From positions 121,913-185,912 of the forward strand of contig CAWGAF010000002.1 of NCBI GenBank assembly GCA_963820495.1: a stretch of DNA of 64,000 nt, read 5' to 3'. The notes under the pieces were generated by a model. The model had not been told where the DNA came from. It worked only from the letters and a program-made list of their open reading frames with translations, and made no database searches. Made by a program: the position numbers and the translations under genes. Each line of letters opens with the position of its first letter. Position 1 is the stretch's first letter. Source of the stretch: an uncultured Chloroflexia bacterium (GTDB lineage: Bacteria > Chloroflexota > Dehalococcoidia > GIF9 > UBA5629). Below are positions 8,440 to 18,482 of the stretch, one piece after another.

Positions 8440-8826
8440 TCTAAAATGTGACCTGCTCCTTCAATGACGAGCAGTGTTTTATAGTTTTTAAGCTAGCTTC
8501 GTTTTGTTTCTGGGGTGTTGTTTTGCATCAGGGTATACTAAGAAGTCTGTTAGCAAAAAAGTCACTTTGACTGGTGGAGCTTACTGTACCAAACAAAGAA
8601 CTTTTACCGTGGGTTTTAGCCTTCATACCTAGCTTAATTTTCACAATTGGGGGAGCAAAGCAACATAAAGTGGGGGTATAGTCTATTCTGTTTGAAGATG
8701 CAATGATCCGATGATTCGCTATACGATATAATCAGAATGGTTCAGATCGGGGAAATTGGCGTGAACCAGTTAACAAAATACTAATTTGTCTTTATATTTA
8801 TACAAGGGTTTTTAGAAGTTATTCAT

Positions 8827-8855
8827 TTCATATACCAGATAAATGATGCTATAAT
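8827..8855 (+). promoter_or_regulatory. candidate extended -10 promoter for the DUF262 gene pair
   Basis: TGCTATAAT (TGnTATAAT) at 8847-8855, with a weak -35 TTCATA 17 nt upstream. It lies ~55 nt upstream of ATG 8910. Confidence 0.35.
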
Positions 8856-8909
8856 CACATACACTCATATATGGCAGAATATATTTTACATTATTAGGGT
8901 AAGGTAACA

Positions 8910-10610
8910 ATGCCTGATCATATCTCTCTTAAATGTATTCTTGAATTACTAGATAATCACTTTATTATCCCTTCCTATCAGAGAGGTTATCGATGGACAT
9001 CTCAAGAGGTAAACGATCTACTGAATGACATTTGGGAGTTTACTAAAAAGGATCAAAAATCTAAAAAGGAATTCTATTGTTTACAACCTATCATCGTTAC
9101 ATCTAATGAGAATGGATATATCGTAATAGATGGACAACAGAGATTAACTACCATTTATATTATTTTCGAAGTATTGAAAGAAATAAAAAACCACTTAACT
9201 AAAAAAATGTTTACTCTCGAATATCAAACGAGAGAAGATAGTGAATATTTTCTTAAAAATATTGAAACATCTCGACAGGATGAAAATATCGACTATTACC
9301 ACATATGTAACGCATATACAACAGTACAGAATTGGTTTGAAACTAAACAAGGTTCACCGAAAATAGATATTTTGAGTACGTTATTACGTGATGATGATAG
9401 TGGACACAATGTAAAAGTTATTTGGTACGAGGTTGATTCGACTTCAACGCTTGACCAAATAGAAATATTTACTCGAATTAACACTGGGAAAATTCCACTC
9501 ACTAATGCTGAACTTGTGAAAGCCTTATTATTGCGAGAAGATAATTTTCAGGGTAATGAGAAAGGCGTACGCTTAGCTCAACTAGAAATGGCTTCAGATT
9601 GGGATAACATTGAGTATAGTCTTGGGGATAACCAATTGTGGTACTTCCTTTGTGATAACCAAAAACAATACGAAAATAGAATAGAATTTATATTTGATTT
9701 GATTGCAGGTACATCAAGTTTAGATAGATACCATACATTTAGATATTTTAATAAGCAACTCACTGAGTCTATGAGTGCTGATACTATCTGGCAACAAATA
9801 AAAAGATACTATCTTACATTCTTCGAATGGTTCGAACGTCGTGAATATTATCACCTTATCGGTTACCTTATCTCTTTGGGAGAAAGCGTAAAAAACCTAG
9901 AGTCCCACTCTTCAACAAAATCAAAATCTGAGTTCAAAGAGTTCTTAGAAGGTAAAATCAAAGATCATGTTAGATATAATATCGACGAACTCAATTACGA
10001 TGAAGACCGAGTTAAAATAAAGAAAATTCTTTTATTGTTCAACATTGTTACTCTACTTTCTAATAAAAACACAAATGCGCGATTTCAATTTGGAAGATAT
10101 AAGACTGAAGAATGGGATATCGAACATATTCATTCAGTGCAATCAGAAAGACCGGAAGCGACAAATCACAAGATTGACTGGTTGAAAGAAGTGTATAGTT
10201 ATACAGAGAACGAGGACCTAAAAAAAGAAATAGAAAATTATCTAGAATCAAGACATGATCAGGATGATGATACATTTGTTAGCTTATTTGACAAGATACT
10301 GCAGGCCTACAGTGAAGATGGTGTAGTTGAAGATATAGATGATATTTCTAATCTGGCTTTATTAGATTCAGGAACAAACCGAGGATATAAAAATGCAGTA
10401 TTTCCGATAAAAAGGCAAAGAATTATAGAAAAAGATACTTACGGGACTTTTATCCCCTTATGTACAAAAAATGTTTTCATGAAATACTATAGTAAAAAAG
10501 TAAATCAAATGACATTTTGGGGTAAAAATGATCGAAAAGCATATTTAGAGGCACTAAAACAAGTATTATCACCGTATATACTAAATATCGAAGATCAGAC
10601 TGATGAATGA
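8910..10610 (+). CDS. GmrSD-like DUF262 + DUF1524 (His-Me finger) protein, putative type IV modification-dependent restriction enzyme
   Basis: 566 aa. The N-terminus has IIPSYQRGYRW and VIDGQQRLTT (DUF262/ParB-like NTPase motifs). The C-terminus has WDIEHIHS...NLALLDSGTNRGYKNAVFPIKR (DUF1524-like nuclease motif). The region is strongly AT-rich. Confidence 0.75.
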   Translation: MPDHISLKCILELLDNHFIIPSYQRGYRWTSQEVNDLLNDIWEFTKKDQKSKKEFYCLQPIIVTSNENGYIVIDGQQRLTTIYIIFEVLKEIKNHLTKKMFTLEYQTREDSEYFLKNIETSRQDENIDYYHICNAYTTVQNWFETKQGSPKIDILSTLLRDDDSGHNVKVIWYEVDSTSTLDQIEIFTRINTGKIPLTNAELVKALLLREDNFQGNEKGVRLAQLEMASDWDNIEYSLGDNQLWYFLCDNQKQYENRIEFIFDLIAGTSSLDRYHTFRYFNKQLTESMSADTIWQQIKRYYLTFFEWFERREYYHLIGYLISLGESVKNLESHSSTKSKSEFKEFLEGKIKDHVRYNIDELNYDEDRVKIKKILLLFNIVTLLSNKNTNARFQFGRYKTEEWDIEHIHSVQSERPEATNHKIDWLKEVYSYTENEDLKKEIENYLESRHDQDDDTFVSLFDKILQAYSEDGVVEDIDDISNLALLDSGTNRGYKNAVFPIKRQRIIEKDTYGTFIPLCTKNVFMKYYSKKVNQMTFWGKNDRKAYLEALKQVLSPYILNIEDQTDE

Positions 10611-12810
10611 TAATGACGGCCAAAAATTAACTTTTCTCGATATATTTAGAGATAAGGAATATTTGGTTGAAATACCAATAATCCAGAGAGATTATGCTCA
10701 TGGAAGAGAATCAGCTTCTAGAGTGAGGAGTAATTTTTTAACTTCCTTATACCATTCTCTCCAAAAAGATGAACCACTCGACCTGGATTTTATATATGGC
10801 AGTATTTCCGATGGTAAATTAATTCCGTTAGATGGTCAGCAAAGACTTACGACACTATTTCTTCTTCATTGGTATCTTGCATCTAAAGAAGGGTACTTAG
10901 AGGATTTTAACAGTATACTCAGAATTGAGAATAGATCTAAATTTACATATGAAACAAGAACAACGTCGCGTGAATTCTGTAATGCATTAATTGCACATGA
11001 GATTGTGATACCTTCTTCACTAACCACCAAAATAAGTGAAACCATTAAGGATGCTCAGTGGTTCTATATTTCTTGGGAAAAAGATCCGACAATCAAGTCA
11101 ATGCTCGTTATGCTCGATGCTATTCATGAGAAATTCATAGACAGTATAGATTTTTACAATAAGCTATCCAAAACTGATAATCCAGTTATTAGTTTTCAAT
11201 TTATTGAGCTCAAGGATTTTGGGCTATCAGACAGCTTGTATATCAAAATGAATGCGCGGGGTAAAGAACTAACTCCATTCGAAAACTTTAAAGCAAAATT
11301 CGAGAAAGTATTGGAAATCTATGATACCGAAAATGATACCAATCTAAAAGAAAACTTCTCTTTGAAAATAGATACTATATGGCCTGACATTTTCTGGAAA
11401 TATAGAGATAAAAAAACCAATTCATTTGACGAGAAAATAATGAATTTTATTCGTATATTAGCTACTAATGAGTATGTAGTCATCTCGGAAAATCTAAACT
11501 TTCTATATTTAGGGAGGTTGATTAATGCGAGAGTGATAGAATTCGATGATCTTGTTGAATTAGATTGTTTAAATACAGCATTTTTCTTATCGGTAATAAA
11601 TACGCTTGATACTCTCAGTGACAAAGGGAAAACAGGTATAAGGGAATATTTACCAAATAATGATTTATTGTCCGAATCTCAGTTATTTCAAGGGGCAATC
11701 GAATATAACTTGTCATATCCAGAGAGAATACAACTTTATGGGTTATTTAGTTATTTAAATGAATTTGGTAACAGTGATAAATTGATTGAATGGATTCGTG
11801 TTGTCAGGAATCTAACTGAAAACACTCGGATTGATGAAATACCTGATTACGTGTCTGCGCTGAAATCGATTAATCAACTCTTTACACATTCAAATGAAAT
11901 TCTTGAATACGTTTCTGATGCTTCAAACGAAATTAGAAGTTTTGCCGCGATTCAAGTTTCCGAAGAAAGACTTAAGGCTTTGCTTATTCAAAAAAGCGAT
12001 AGATGGAAACAAGCTATTGTCAATATTGAAAACCACGGGTATTTTAAGGGGCAAATCGGTTTTATACTGAAATTTTCTGGCATCACCGATTACTATCGAG
12101 AAAATACCAATGTTGATTGGTCAGCCACTGAGGATGGTAATTATTTCAATAAGTTTTCTGAATATTCATTAAAAGCTAATTCGGTCTTTATCCAGACGGG
12201 CTTGAAAAAGTTCAATGATTACCTATTTGAGCGAGCTCTACTATCTAAAGGTAATTATACGCTTAGTAAAGGTCTAAATAATAGTTTCTTAGTGGATTCT
12301 GATAGAGATATCGGATGGAAAAGGTTGTTACGAGATGATAATCAAAAAAGAGATTACGTAAAAGAATTATTGGATGATTTAAGAACATCTGAAATTGAAA
12401 AAGATCTACAAATCATAGTAGATCACTCCACTATCACAGATTGGAGAAAGTATTTTGTTGAATACCCTGAAATGATCGGTGCTTGTGGTACTAGCAAATT
12501 TATTCGATGGGAAAGTAGTAATGATATTTTACTTCTGAAAAGGACCAAAACTAATGGGTTGCACAGTGAATATTCCTCTTACGCTTTATGTGTGAAACTT
12601 AGAAGAATGGGGCATACTGTCTTGTATAGGGAAAGTAATTCAGTAGATTACTGGAAATATATTTATTATATCAATGGGCATAATATTATGATCTACTATG
12701 ATTACTTCGAAGGAGAATGGCACTACTTCATTAAGTATCAAGACGTCACTACCACCCATAAATTTCAAGATGAAGTCTTGTCATATTTAAAAGATAATGG
12801 AATCATTTAA
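10603..12810 (+). CDS. DUF262 domain protein with long uncharacterised C-terminal region
   Basis: 735 aa; the ATG overlaps the upstream stop by 8 nt (ATGAATGA). The N-terminus has IPIIQRDYAHGR and LDGQQRLTTLFLLHWYL. I could see no clear H..P / N..N nuclease motif in the C-terminal ~450 aa. Confidence 0.7.
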   Translation: MNDNDGQKLTFLDIFRDKEYLVEIPIIQRDYAHGRESASRVRSNFLTSLYHSLQKDEPLDLDFIYGSISDGKLIPLDGQQRLTTLFLLHWYLASKEGYLEDFNSILRIENRSKFTYETRTTSREFCNALIAHEIVIPSSLTTKISETIKDAQWFYISWEKDPTIKSMLVMLDAIHEKFIDSIDFYNKLSKTDNPVISFQFIELKDFGLSDSLYIKMNARGKELTPFENFKAKFEKVLEIYDTENDTNLKENFSLKIDTIWPDIFWKYRDKKTNSFDEKIMNFIRILATNEYVVISENLNFLYLGRLINARVIEFDDLVELDCLNTAFFLSVINTLDTLSDKGKTGIREYLPNNDLLSESQLFQGAIEYNLSYPERIQLYGLFSYLNEFGNSDKLIEWIRVVRNLTENTRIDEIPDYVSALKSINQLFTHSNEILEYVSDASNEIRSFAAIQVSEERLKALLIQKSDRWKQAIVNIENHGYFKGQIGFILKFSGITDYYRENTNVDWSATEDGNYFNKFSEYSLKANSVFIQTGLKKFNDYLFERALLSKGNYTLSKGLNNSFLVDSDRDIGWKRLLRDDNQKRDYVKELLDDLRTSEIEKDLQIIVDHSTITDWRKYFVEYPEMIGACGTSKFIRWESSNDILLLKRTKTNGLHSEYSSYALCVKLRRMGHTVLYRESNSVDYWKYIYYINGHNIMIYYDYFEGEWHYFIKYQDVTTTHKFQDEVLSYLKDNGII

Positions 12811-13198
12811 ATCTTGAAAATTCCATAACGATCTACACTAACCACGATCTCGAGTGGCCATAAAAGCCTTGCTTCCAGTGACCCTCCCCGCCTGGATTGG
12901 TTCACCCTGCATTAGAGTTTCCGCGGTCATACAGCAGGAGGCTTTTTCCTTTCGTTTTTTTACATCTCGCCACCACCCGGGAGGGGGCGACAATCTAGCG
13001 CTTTCTTCGACTCTAATTTTATGTCTTTTTGTTGGAAAATGTAGCTAAATACTCACAAAACACGAAGCATATTAACAACAGAATAATAAATGAAAATCCA
13101 TGGACTGAACGCTTGTCCCCTTGAAACGATTTTAGTATGACATTATCGGGCATGGGTTCTTTATTCAGTACAGTATATGGCCAATTTATGAAGCTAAG

Positions 13199-13271
13199 TG
13201 GAGCTGATGGGATTCGAACCCACTACCTTCTGACTGCCAGTCAGACGCTCTCCCAATTGAGCTACAGCCCC
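13199..13271 (-). tRNA. tRNA-Ala (anticodon GGC)
   Basis: Minus-strand sequence GGGGCTGTAGCTCAATTGGGAGAGCGTCTGACTGGCAGTCAGAAGGTAGTGGGTTCGAATCCCATCAGCTCCA folds as a 73-nt cloverleaf. It has a G3:U70 identity pair, anticodon loop CTGGCAG and a TTCGAAT T-loop. No CCA is encoded. Confidence 0.93.
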
Positions 13272-13430
13272 ACGATTGCGAATGGAGATATATAGTCTAG
13301 CATAAGATAGATTTCAGGGCAATGAACTGCGCTTGTGTGCTGATAGGTTGACAAATTGCGGGAAAAGCTGTAGTAATAGTATTAGTAAATATATATGGCT
13401 AGAATAGCCAGCATGAAGGAATAATACGAA

Positions 13431-13514
13431 ATGGGTGACTTAATACCCGTTATTGTTATCGGGGTTATAGTGGTAGGTGTAGCGATATTTTTTTCTCTGT
13501 GTAGATGGCACTGA
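13431..13514 (+). CDS. possible 27-aa single-TM micropeptide
   Basis: ATG...TGA encodes MGDLIPVIVIGVIVVGVAIFFSLCRWH, with GAAGGA ~10 nt upstream. It is below the track length cut-off and has no other support. Confidence 0.2.
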   Translation: MGDLIPVIVIGVIVVGVAIFFSLCRWH

Positions 13515-13523
13515 CGGCTGCTG

Positions 13524-13733
13524 TTAGTGTTTCAACGGTCTTCCCCAGGCATCTTTGCGGTAATCACTGGCGATGAGTACTATATCGCTTAGCCACCAGA
13601 CGAAAAAACATCCCAGCGTAACTAGCTTGACGATCGCAGAGCGAGTCCTGCCGATGTAAAAGCGGTCAGCACCAAAGAAGCCGAGAAATATAGATAAGAG
13701 TAGGGCTACCAGCCAGCTTTTTTCTTTTCCCAT
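13524..13733 (-). CDS. TM2 domain membrane protein
   Basis: 69 aa with the FLGFFGADRFYIGRT motif typical of TM2 domains; two TM helices. Confidence 0.75.
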   Translation of the reverse strand: MGKEKSWLVALLLSIFLGFFGADRFYIGRTRSAIVKLVTLGCFFVWWLSDIVLIASDYRKDAWGRPLKH

Positions 13734-13736
13734 AGT

Positions 13737-14345
13737 TTAAACTCCTATTCCTGTCCAACGTAGTATAGACCCCAAACCATAATAGCCCAGGTAGGCGACT
13801 GCCATACCTTTTATGGTCTTGCCTGCCCAGCATAAAAAGAAGAACTTAGTCAGCCCGAAACGCATGGCACCGGCTATTGCTGTGAATGGGAAAAACAAGG
13901 GGTTGATAATAGATGACATGGCAAAAACGGCTATTGAACCACGGCGGCGTAGCCAATACTCGAATTTGGTGGTAAAGCGATGGTCAATTGTTTCCAATTT
14001 TGTTACTCCACTACGTCCGCCGTAACCAGTGAGATAAATAATTATGCTACCAATTGCTTCACCAAGTCCAGCTAAGGCTCCAACTATAGAGGGCTCTAGT
14101 ATACTACCCAGTGTAAAAACGACCAGCAGGCCAGGGACGGGGATAAGGATGGTTACCCCGGTAATGATACTGATAATAAGGACACCGAGGTAGCCATAGC
14201 GGCCTGCCCTTTGAATATAGTCCCAGTAAACGATGACTAAAGCGCATAAAGCCAGGACAAGCACCAGCCCTACGGCACTGATGAGGTACTCACGTTTTCT
14301 GGAACTACTTTTATTTTCCTCAGTTATCCCAGTTGGGTTTGCCAT
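13737..14345 (-). CDS. DedA/VTT-superfamily (YqaA-like) membrane protein
   Basis: 202 aa and polytopic. The ATG directly abuts the clpB stop (TAAATG). Sequence pattern: GVTILIPVPG...GEAIGSIIIYLTGYGG. Confidence 0.6.
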   Translation of the reverse strand: MANPTGITEENKSSSRKREYLISAVGLVLVLALCALVIVYWDYIQRAGRYGYLGVLIISIITGVTILIPVPGLLVVFTLGSILEPSIVGALAGLGEAIGSIIIYLTGYGGRSGVTKLETIDHRFTTKFEYWLRRRGSIAVFAMSSIINPLFFPFTAIAGAMRFGLTKFFFLCWAGKTIKGMAVAYLGYYGLGSILRWTGIGV

Positions 14346-16259
14346 TTATTTTGCAGCTCTTGCTTTTTTCTTGGTGCTAAAGCTTAATCCGCTGCCATCA
14401 ACGCTGCTGATGAAGATATGGCTGCCTTCTTTAAACTCACCACTGAGAATCTTGTTGGACAAGGGATTCTCTACATAGCGCTGGACAGCTCGGCGCAGTG
14501 GACGTGCTCCAAAGGCTGGTTCAAAACCTTCCTTGAGCAGCCAGGATTTTGCCTCATCATCCAGTTCCAGTACTATATTACGGTCTGCCAATCGTTTCTG
14601 CACTTCATTAATTAACAGGTCTACAATCTTCTTCAAATGTTCCTCAGTAAGAGGATGGAAGATGATGATATCGTCTATTCTGTTGAGAAACTCAGGGCGG
14701 AAGGTCCGTTTCAGAGCATTATCTATAGTCCCCTTCAACCTATCGTAGTCGCTCTTTTCCTGTTTTTCCTGGCGGGCAAAGCCTATTGCCTGTCGCTGGA
14801 ATTCCTCGGTACCCAGGTTGCTGGTCATTATTACGACGGTATTTCTGAAGTCAACTGTTCTGCCATGGCCGTCGGTTAACCTGCCATCCTCGAGTATTTG
14901 GAGCAGGATATTGAAAACATCAGGGTGCGCCTTCTCAATCTCGTCAAAAAGGATTACCCGGAACGGGCGCCGTCGCACGGCTTCGGTCAATTGTCCTGCT
15001 TCTTCATAGCCGATATATCCAGGCGGAGCGCCGACAAGGCGTGAAACCGTATGTTTTTCGCCGTACTCGGACATATCTATCCGAATTAGGGATTCCTCAT
15101 TATCGAACAGAAATTGAGCCAGTGCTTTAGCCAACTCCGTTTTGCCGACGCCGGTGGGGCCTAAAAAGATGAAGCTGCCCACAGGGCGTTTGGGGTCTTT
15201 GAGACCAGCTCTGCCACGTCTGATGGCTTCCGATATAACGGAGACAGCTTCTTCCTGGTTGACAATTCTGTCATGCAGTCTTTCCTCCATGTGAAGTAAT
15301 TTCTCAGCTTCACCCTCCAGCATGCGAGATACCGGGATACCGGTCCACTTGGCAACCAGCTCAGCGATGGTCTCCTGGTCTACGGGTTTATCGAATTTTT
15401 TCTCTTTACGCCACGCTGAATCTAACTGCTCATGCTCCGGTTCCAGGCGTAACCGCTGTGCCCTTATTTCGGCTGCTTTCTGATAGTCTCCCTGCTGAGC
15501 TGCTGATTCCTCTTCGTTTTGCAGTTGCTTTATCTGGATGTCCAGTTTTTTGATATTATCAGGTTTACTTTCCATGTCGATATGTATCTTGCTGGCTGCT
15601 TCGTCAATGAGGTCTATAGCTTTATCTGGCAGAAATCTATCCGAGATATAGCGCTGGCTCAGTTGAGCTGCAGCTACCAGTGCGGAATCATCTATCTTGA
15701 TTTTATGGTGAGCTTCATATCTGGGACGCAGAGCATGCAGCATTTCTATAGTCGCCTCAACGCTGGGCTCATTGATAAATATTGGCTGCAACCTTCGTTC
15801 TAATGCTTTATCCTTCTCAATATGCTCACGGTATTCATTTAGAGTGGTGGCTCCGATACATCTAAGCTCGCCACGTGCCAGCGCAGGCTTTAGCATATTG
15901 CTGGCATCAATGGCTCCCTCGGCAGCACCGGCACCAACGACAGTGTGCAACTCGTCGATGAATAAAACCACTTCTCCATTGGACTGGCGAACTTCATCTA
16001 TCACCGCCTTCAGCCGCTCTTCAAACTCGCCTCGAAATTTGCTGCCGGCAACCAGCGCTGCCATATCCAAGGCAATTACTCTTTTATTTTTTAGAGAATC
16101 AGGTACATCGCCAGCGGCGATTTTCTCAGCTAGACCTTCAGCAATGGCTGTTTTGCCTACGCCAGCCTCACCGATAATGACGGGGTTATTCTTGGTTCGG
16201 CGAATCAATATCTGCATTACTCGTTTTATTTCGTCATCACGCCCGATCACAGGGTCCAA
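14346..16259 (-). CDS. clpB: ClpB disaggregase, NBD1-middle domain-NBD2 fragment (downstream part of a frameshifted clpB)
   Basis: 637 aa: [13 protein letters not shown], Walker A GEAGVGKT and GPTGVGKT, a coiled-coil M domain, and GARPLRR. ClpB homology continues upstream of the track start in this frame ([23 protein letters not shown]). Confidence 0.9.
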   Translation of the reverse strand: MDPVIGRDDEIKRVMQILIRRTKNNPVIIGEAGVGKTAIAEGLAEKIAAGDVPDSLKNKRVIALDMAALVAGSKFRGEFEERLKAVIDEVRQSNGEVVLFIDELHTVVGAGAAEGAIDASNMLKPALARGELRCIGATTLNEYREHIEKDKALERRLQPIFINEPSVEATIEMLHALRPRYEAHHKIKIDDSALVAAAQLSQRYISDRFLPDKAIDLIDEAASKIHIDMESKPDNIKKLDIQIKQLQNEEESAAQQGDYQKAAEIRAQRLRLEPEHEQLDSAWRKEKKFDKPVDQETIAELVAKWTGIPVSRMLEGEAEKLLHMEERLHDRIVNQEEAVSVISEAIRRGRAGLKDPKRPVGSFIFLGPTGVGKTELAKALAQFLFDNEESLIRIDMSEYGEKHTVSRLVGAPPGYIGYEEAGQLTEAVRRRPFRVILFDEIEKAHPDVFNILLQILEDGRLTDGHGRTVDFRNTVVIMTSNLGTEEFQRQAIGFARQEKQEKSDYDRLKGTIDNALKRTFRPEFLNRIDDIIIFHPLTEEHLKKIVDLLINEVQKRLADRNIVLELDDEAKSWLLKEGFEPAFGARPLRRAVQRYVENPLSNKILSGEFKEGSHIFISSVDGSGLSFSTKKKARAAK

Positions 16260-16792
16260 TTTCCCCTTGCGAGCAAGCTCGGTAAGGTCACGCCCATACT
16301 TTTCCAGGGAGCGGTACTTGCTTTCGGCTCTGGGTCCTCAGCCCGATGTCCACCCCGGATATCCTTAACTGACTGATAAATTTTTTCCTTGTCGATGCCA
16401 AATTCTTTCAGTATAGTGGCTGTTTCACCGCTGCTTTCGCTAGCAAGAGCGATAAGCAGATGCTCCACGCTGATAAAGTTGTCTTTAAATTGCTCAGCTT
16501 CGCGAGCGGCACTTTGCATTAGGCTGGCAATTCTGGGGGTAGCATAGATTTGGGCTCCTCCCTGGTTCATCTGGGGGGCATTGTCCAGAGTGGCTTGCAC
16601 CTGTCCTTTTAATGCTTCTATATTTACCCCCAGCTTTTCCAGTATTTGCAAAGCTATGCCGCCTTCTTGGCGCAGCAAAGCTAAAAAAAGGTGTTCTACA
16701 TCCCACTGGCTATGGCGGTAGCCAATGGCAATCTCCTGGGAAGCAGCTATTACTTCCCTTGCTTGCTCAGTAAATTTTTCTGGTCTTATCAT
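16247..16792 (-). CDS. clpB: ClpB N-terminal domain fragment (upstream part of a frameshifted clpB)
   Basis: 181 aa with two Clp_N repeats ([16 protein letters not shown]..., ...[11 protein letters not shown]). Homology ends at ...[13 protein letters not shown] and is followed by an out-of-frame tail. Confidence 0.85.
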   Translation of the reverse strand: MIRPEKFTEQAREVIAASQEIAIGYRHSQWDVEHLFLALLRQEGGIALQILEKLGVNIEALKGQVQATLDNAPQMNQGGAQIYATPRIASLMQSAAREAEQFKDNFISVEHLLIALASESSGETATILKEFGIDKEKIYQSVKDIRGGHRAEDPEPKASTAPWKSMGVTLPSLLARGNWTL

Positions 16793-16801
16793 TTATCTCT
16801 C

Positions 16802-17083
16802 CTATTTAACACCAAATTCCTCTTGAATAAGCTTGTCTCTATATTCAAGGGCTAATGGACATTCAGTGCCCAGACACTTGGCTATCTTCAGTTTAATTGT
16901 CTTATCAAATTTTTGCTTCCTATCCTCAAGAGTCTTTTGCTTATAGCGATAGTACCAGGCACATCTGGTCGTCCAGTCCTTATCTACCATGATGGTAACA
17001 TCATCGTCGACGTAATCACAGCGGATAGTGGTGGCCGTTATCTGCCAGCTGCCTGGTTTAAGGTCTGTCCTTGCCTGAATCAT
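16802..17083 (-). CDS. hypothetical 93-aa Cys-containing protein inside the hspR-clpB operon
   Basis: The ORF overlaps the hspR stop by 4 nt. It has four Cys (C22, C41, C70, C75) and no family recognised. Confidence 0.6.
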   Translation of the reverse strand: MIQARTDLKPGSWQITATTIRCDYVDDDVTIMVDKDWTTRCAWYYRYKQKTLEDRKQKFDKTIKLKIAKCLGTECPLALEYRDKLIQEEFGVK

Positions 17084-17433
17084 TTTAAGCCTCTTTTTCT
17101 TGATTTCTTATTTTTTGCTGGATGACTGGTTTGCTTTGCCTGCTCCAACTCTGAGGTAAGTTCATTTATCTGTTGTTGCATTTCAGCCATTTTCTCTGCC
17201 ATGCGAACCACTACCTCAACACCAGCAGGATTTACGCCGAGGTCGTTCATCAGCGTTTTTATGTGGCGCAGCTGCTCAATATCGCTTTCGGAGTAGTAGC
17301 GAACATTTCCCTCGGACCGATATGGCTGTACCAGTCCCAACCTTTCATAGTAGCGCAGAGTATGTGTTTCGATTCCTACTATTCTAGCAGCGATACTGAT
17401 GACATATCTGGGTTCTGAATCTGGTAAAGACAT
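17080..17433 (-). CDS. hspR: MerR-family heat-shock repressor HspR
   Basis: 117 aa with YVISIAARIVGIETHTLRYYERLGLVQP...YSESDIEQLRHIKTLM. It sits between a J-protein gene and clpB, as in known HspR operons. Confidence 0.8.
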   Translation of the reverse strand: MSLPDSEPRYVISIAARIVGIETHTLRYYERLGLVQPYRSEGNVRYYSESDIEQLRHIKTLMNDLGVNPAGVEVVVRMAEKMAEMQQQINELTSELEQAKQTSHPAKNKKSRKRGLK

Positions 17434-17468
17434 TTTATATTATCACCTTAAAAATATCATTATAGTCA

Positions 17469-18464
17469 TTAATTAGGGCGAAGAGCCCTCAACTGCTCAA
17501 ATAGTTGCTTCTCCTTTTGGGTCAACTTTGTGGGCAGAACCACTTTCACTTTAGCGAAAAGGTCACCATGTTGTGTTAGGTTGCCCAGATGCGGCATACC
17601 TTTCCCTGCGAGGCGAAATACATTGCCGTTGGGAGTTTCCGGCGGGATTTTGAGAGCTAACTTACCCTTTAGGGTTGACAATTCTGCCTCGCCGCCCACA
17701 ATGGCAGTGAGCAAGGGTACAGAAACGTCGGTATGGAGGTCATCTCCTTTGCGCTCAAAGGTCTTGTGGGGCAGCATCTTCACGATCAACTCAAGATCGC
17801 TTTTAGCTCCACCGGCGCCTGCGCCGCCTTGTCCAGCCAGGCGTATCTTGGAACCATCTGTGACACCCGGTGGTATCTTGACTTCAATGCGCTTCATCTT
17901 GGGGAAACTGCCTGAGCCGCCGCAGGCAGAGCAGGCTTTACCCCGTACCCTGGCTGATCTACCGGTACCACTACAGGCGGAACAAGCGTCTTCGCTCTGA
18001 AGTTGAAACATGCGTGTAGTACCCTGATAGGCTTCTTCCAGAGTAACTTCTATAGGATGTTGAACACTCTTGGGCTTGCTAGGACGGCGAGAAGCAAAGG
18101 TGCCAGTGCCGAATCCCTTAAACAGATTCTCAAAGACGTCACCGACACCGCCAGCGTCACCAAAGTCATAGGTAGTGTAAGTTCCGCCTTTGGGAAAATC
18201 CCATTGAGCTCCTTGTCCAGCCTTAGAGAATTGGTCGGCATATTGCCACTGCTCACCAAATTGGTCGTATTTTTTCCGCTTTTCTGGATCAGAAAGAACC
18301 TCGTGAGCTTCGTTTATCTCCTTAAATTTGGCTTCTGCAGACTTATCCCCGGGGTTGACATCCGGATGATATTTCCGGGCGAGACGGCGATAAGCCTGTT
18401 TTATTTCCTTTTCTGTGGCACTGCGACCGACCCCTAATATATTGTAATAGTCTTTTCCTGGCAT
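17469..18464 (-). CDS. DnaJ-family co-chaperone with reduced zinc-finger (two CxxCxG motifs)
   Basis: The track ORF extends to 18683, but the J domain begins at [12 protein letters not shown] (ATG 18464, GAGG 6 nt upstream). HPD motif, G/F-rich region, CSACSGTG and CSACGGSG. Confidence 0.85.
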   Translation of the reverse strand: MPGKDYYNILGVGRSATEKEIKQAYRRLARKYHPDVNPGDKSAEAKFKEINEAHEVLSDPEKRKKYDQFGEQWQYADQFSKAGQGAQWDFPKGGTYTTYDFGDAGGVGDVFENLFKGFGTGTFASRRPSKPKSVQHPIEVTLEEAYQGTTRMFQLQSEDACSACSGTGRSARVRGKACSACGGSGSFPKMKRIEVKIPPGVTDGSKIRLAGQGGAGAGGAKSDLELIVKMLPHKTFERKGDDLHTDVSVPLLTAIVGGEAELSTLKGKLALKIPPETPNGNVFRLAGKGMPHLGNLTQHGDLFAKVKVVLPTKLTQKEKQLFEQLRALRPN

Positions 18465-18482
18465 AAACTTACCTCGTGGTCT

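Noticed and set aside
8570-8585. Possible att-like direct repeat of the tRNA-Ala 3' end at the far side of the AT-rich island (GTGGAGCT shared with 13197-13204)
   Set aside because: Only 8 nt match and similarity is lost immediately afterwards. No integrase gene is present. This is insufficient to define island borders.
12850-13000. GC-richer patch with short hairpins between the DUF262 island and tRNA-Ala, containing track ORF 12854-13048
   Set aside because: The ORF has no SD or motifs, and the patch does not match the REP-like family found elsewhere in the window. I have no interpretation I can support.
16300-16340. Programmed ribosomal frameshift as the explanation for the clpB split
   Set aside because: There is no slippery heptamer or downstream structure at the shift window. 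A 1-nt indel in a GG run explains it more simply.
15772-16368. 198-aa plus-strand ORF antisense to clpB
   Set aside because: It has a low-complexity Ser/Pro/Ala-rich translation and lies opposite a strongly conserved ClpB frame, so it is an antisense artefact. The same reasoning applies to 53280-53903 minus, inside the Mo enzyme gene.
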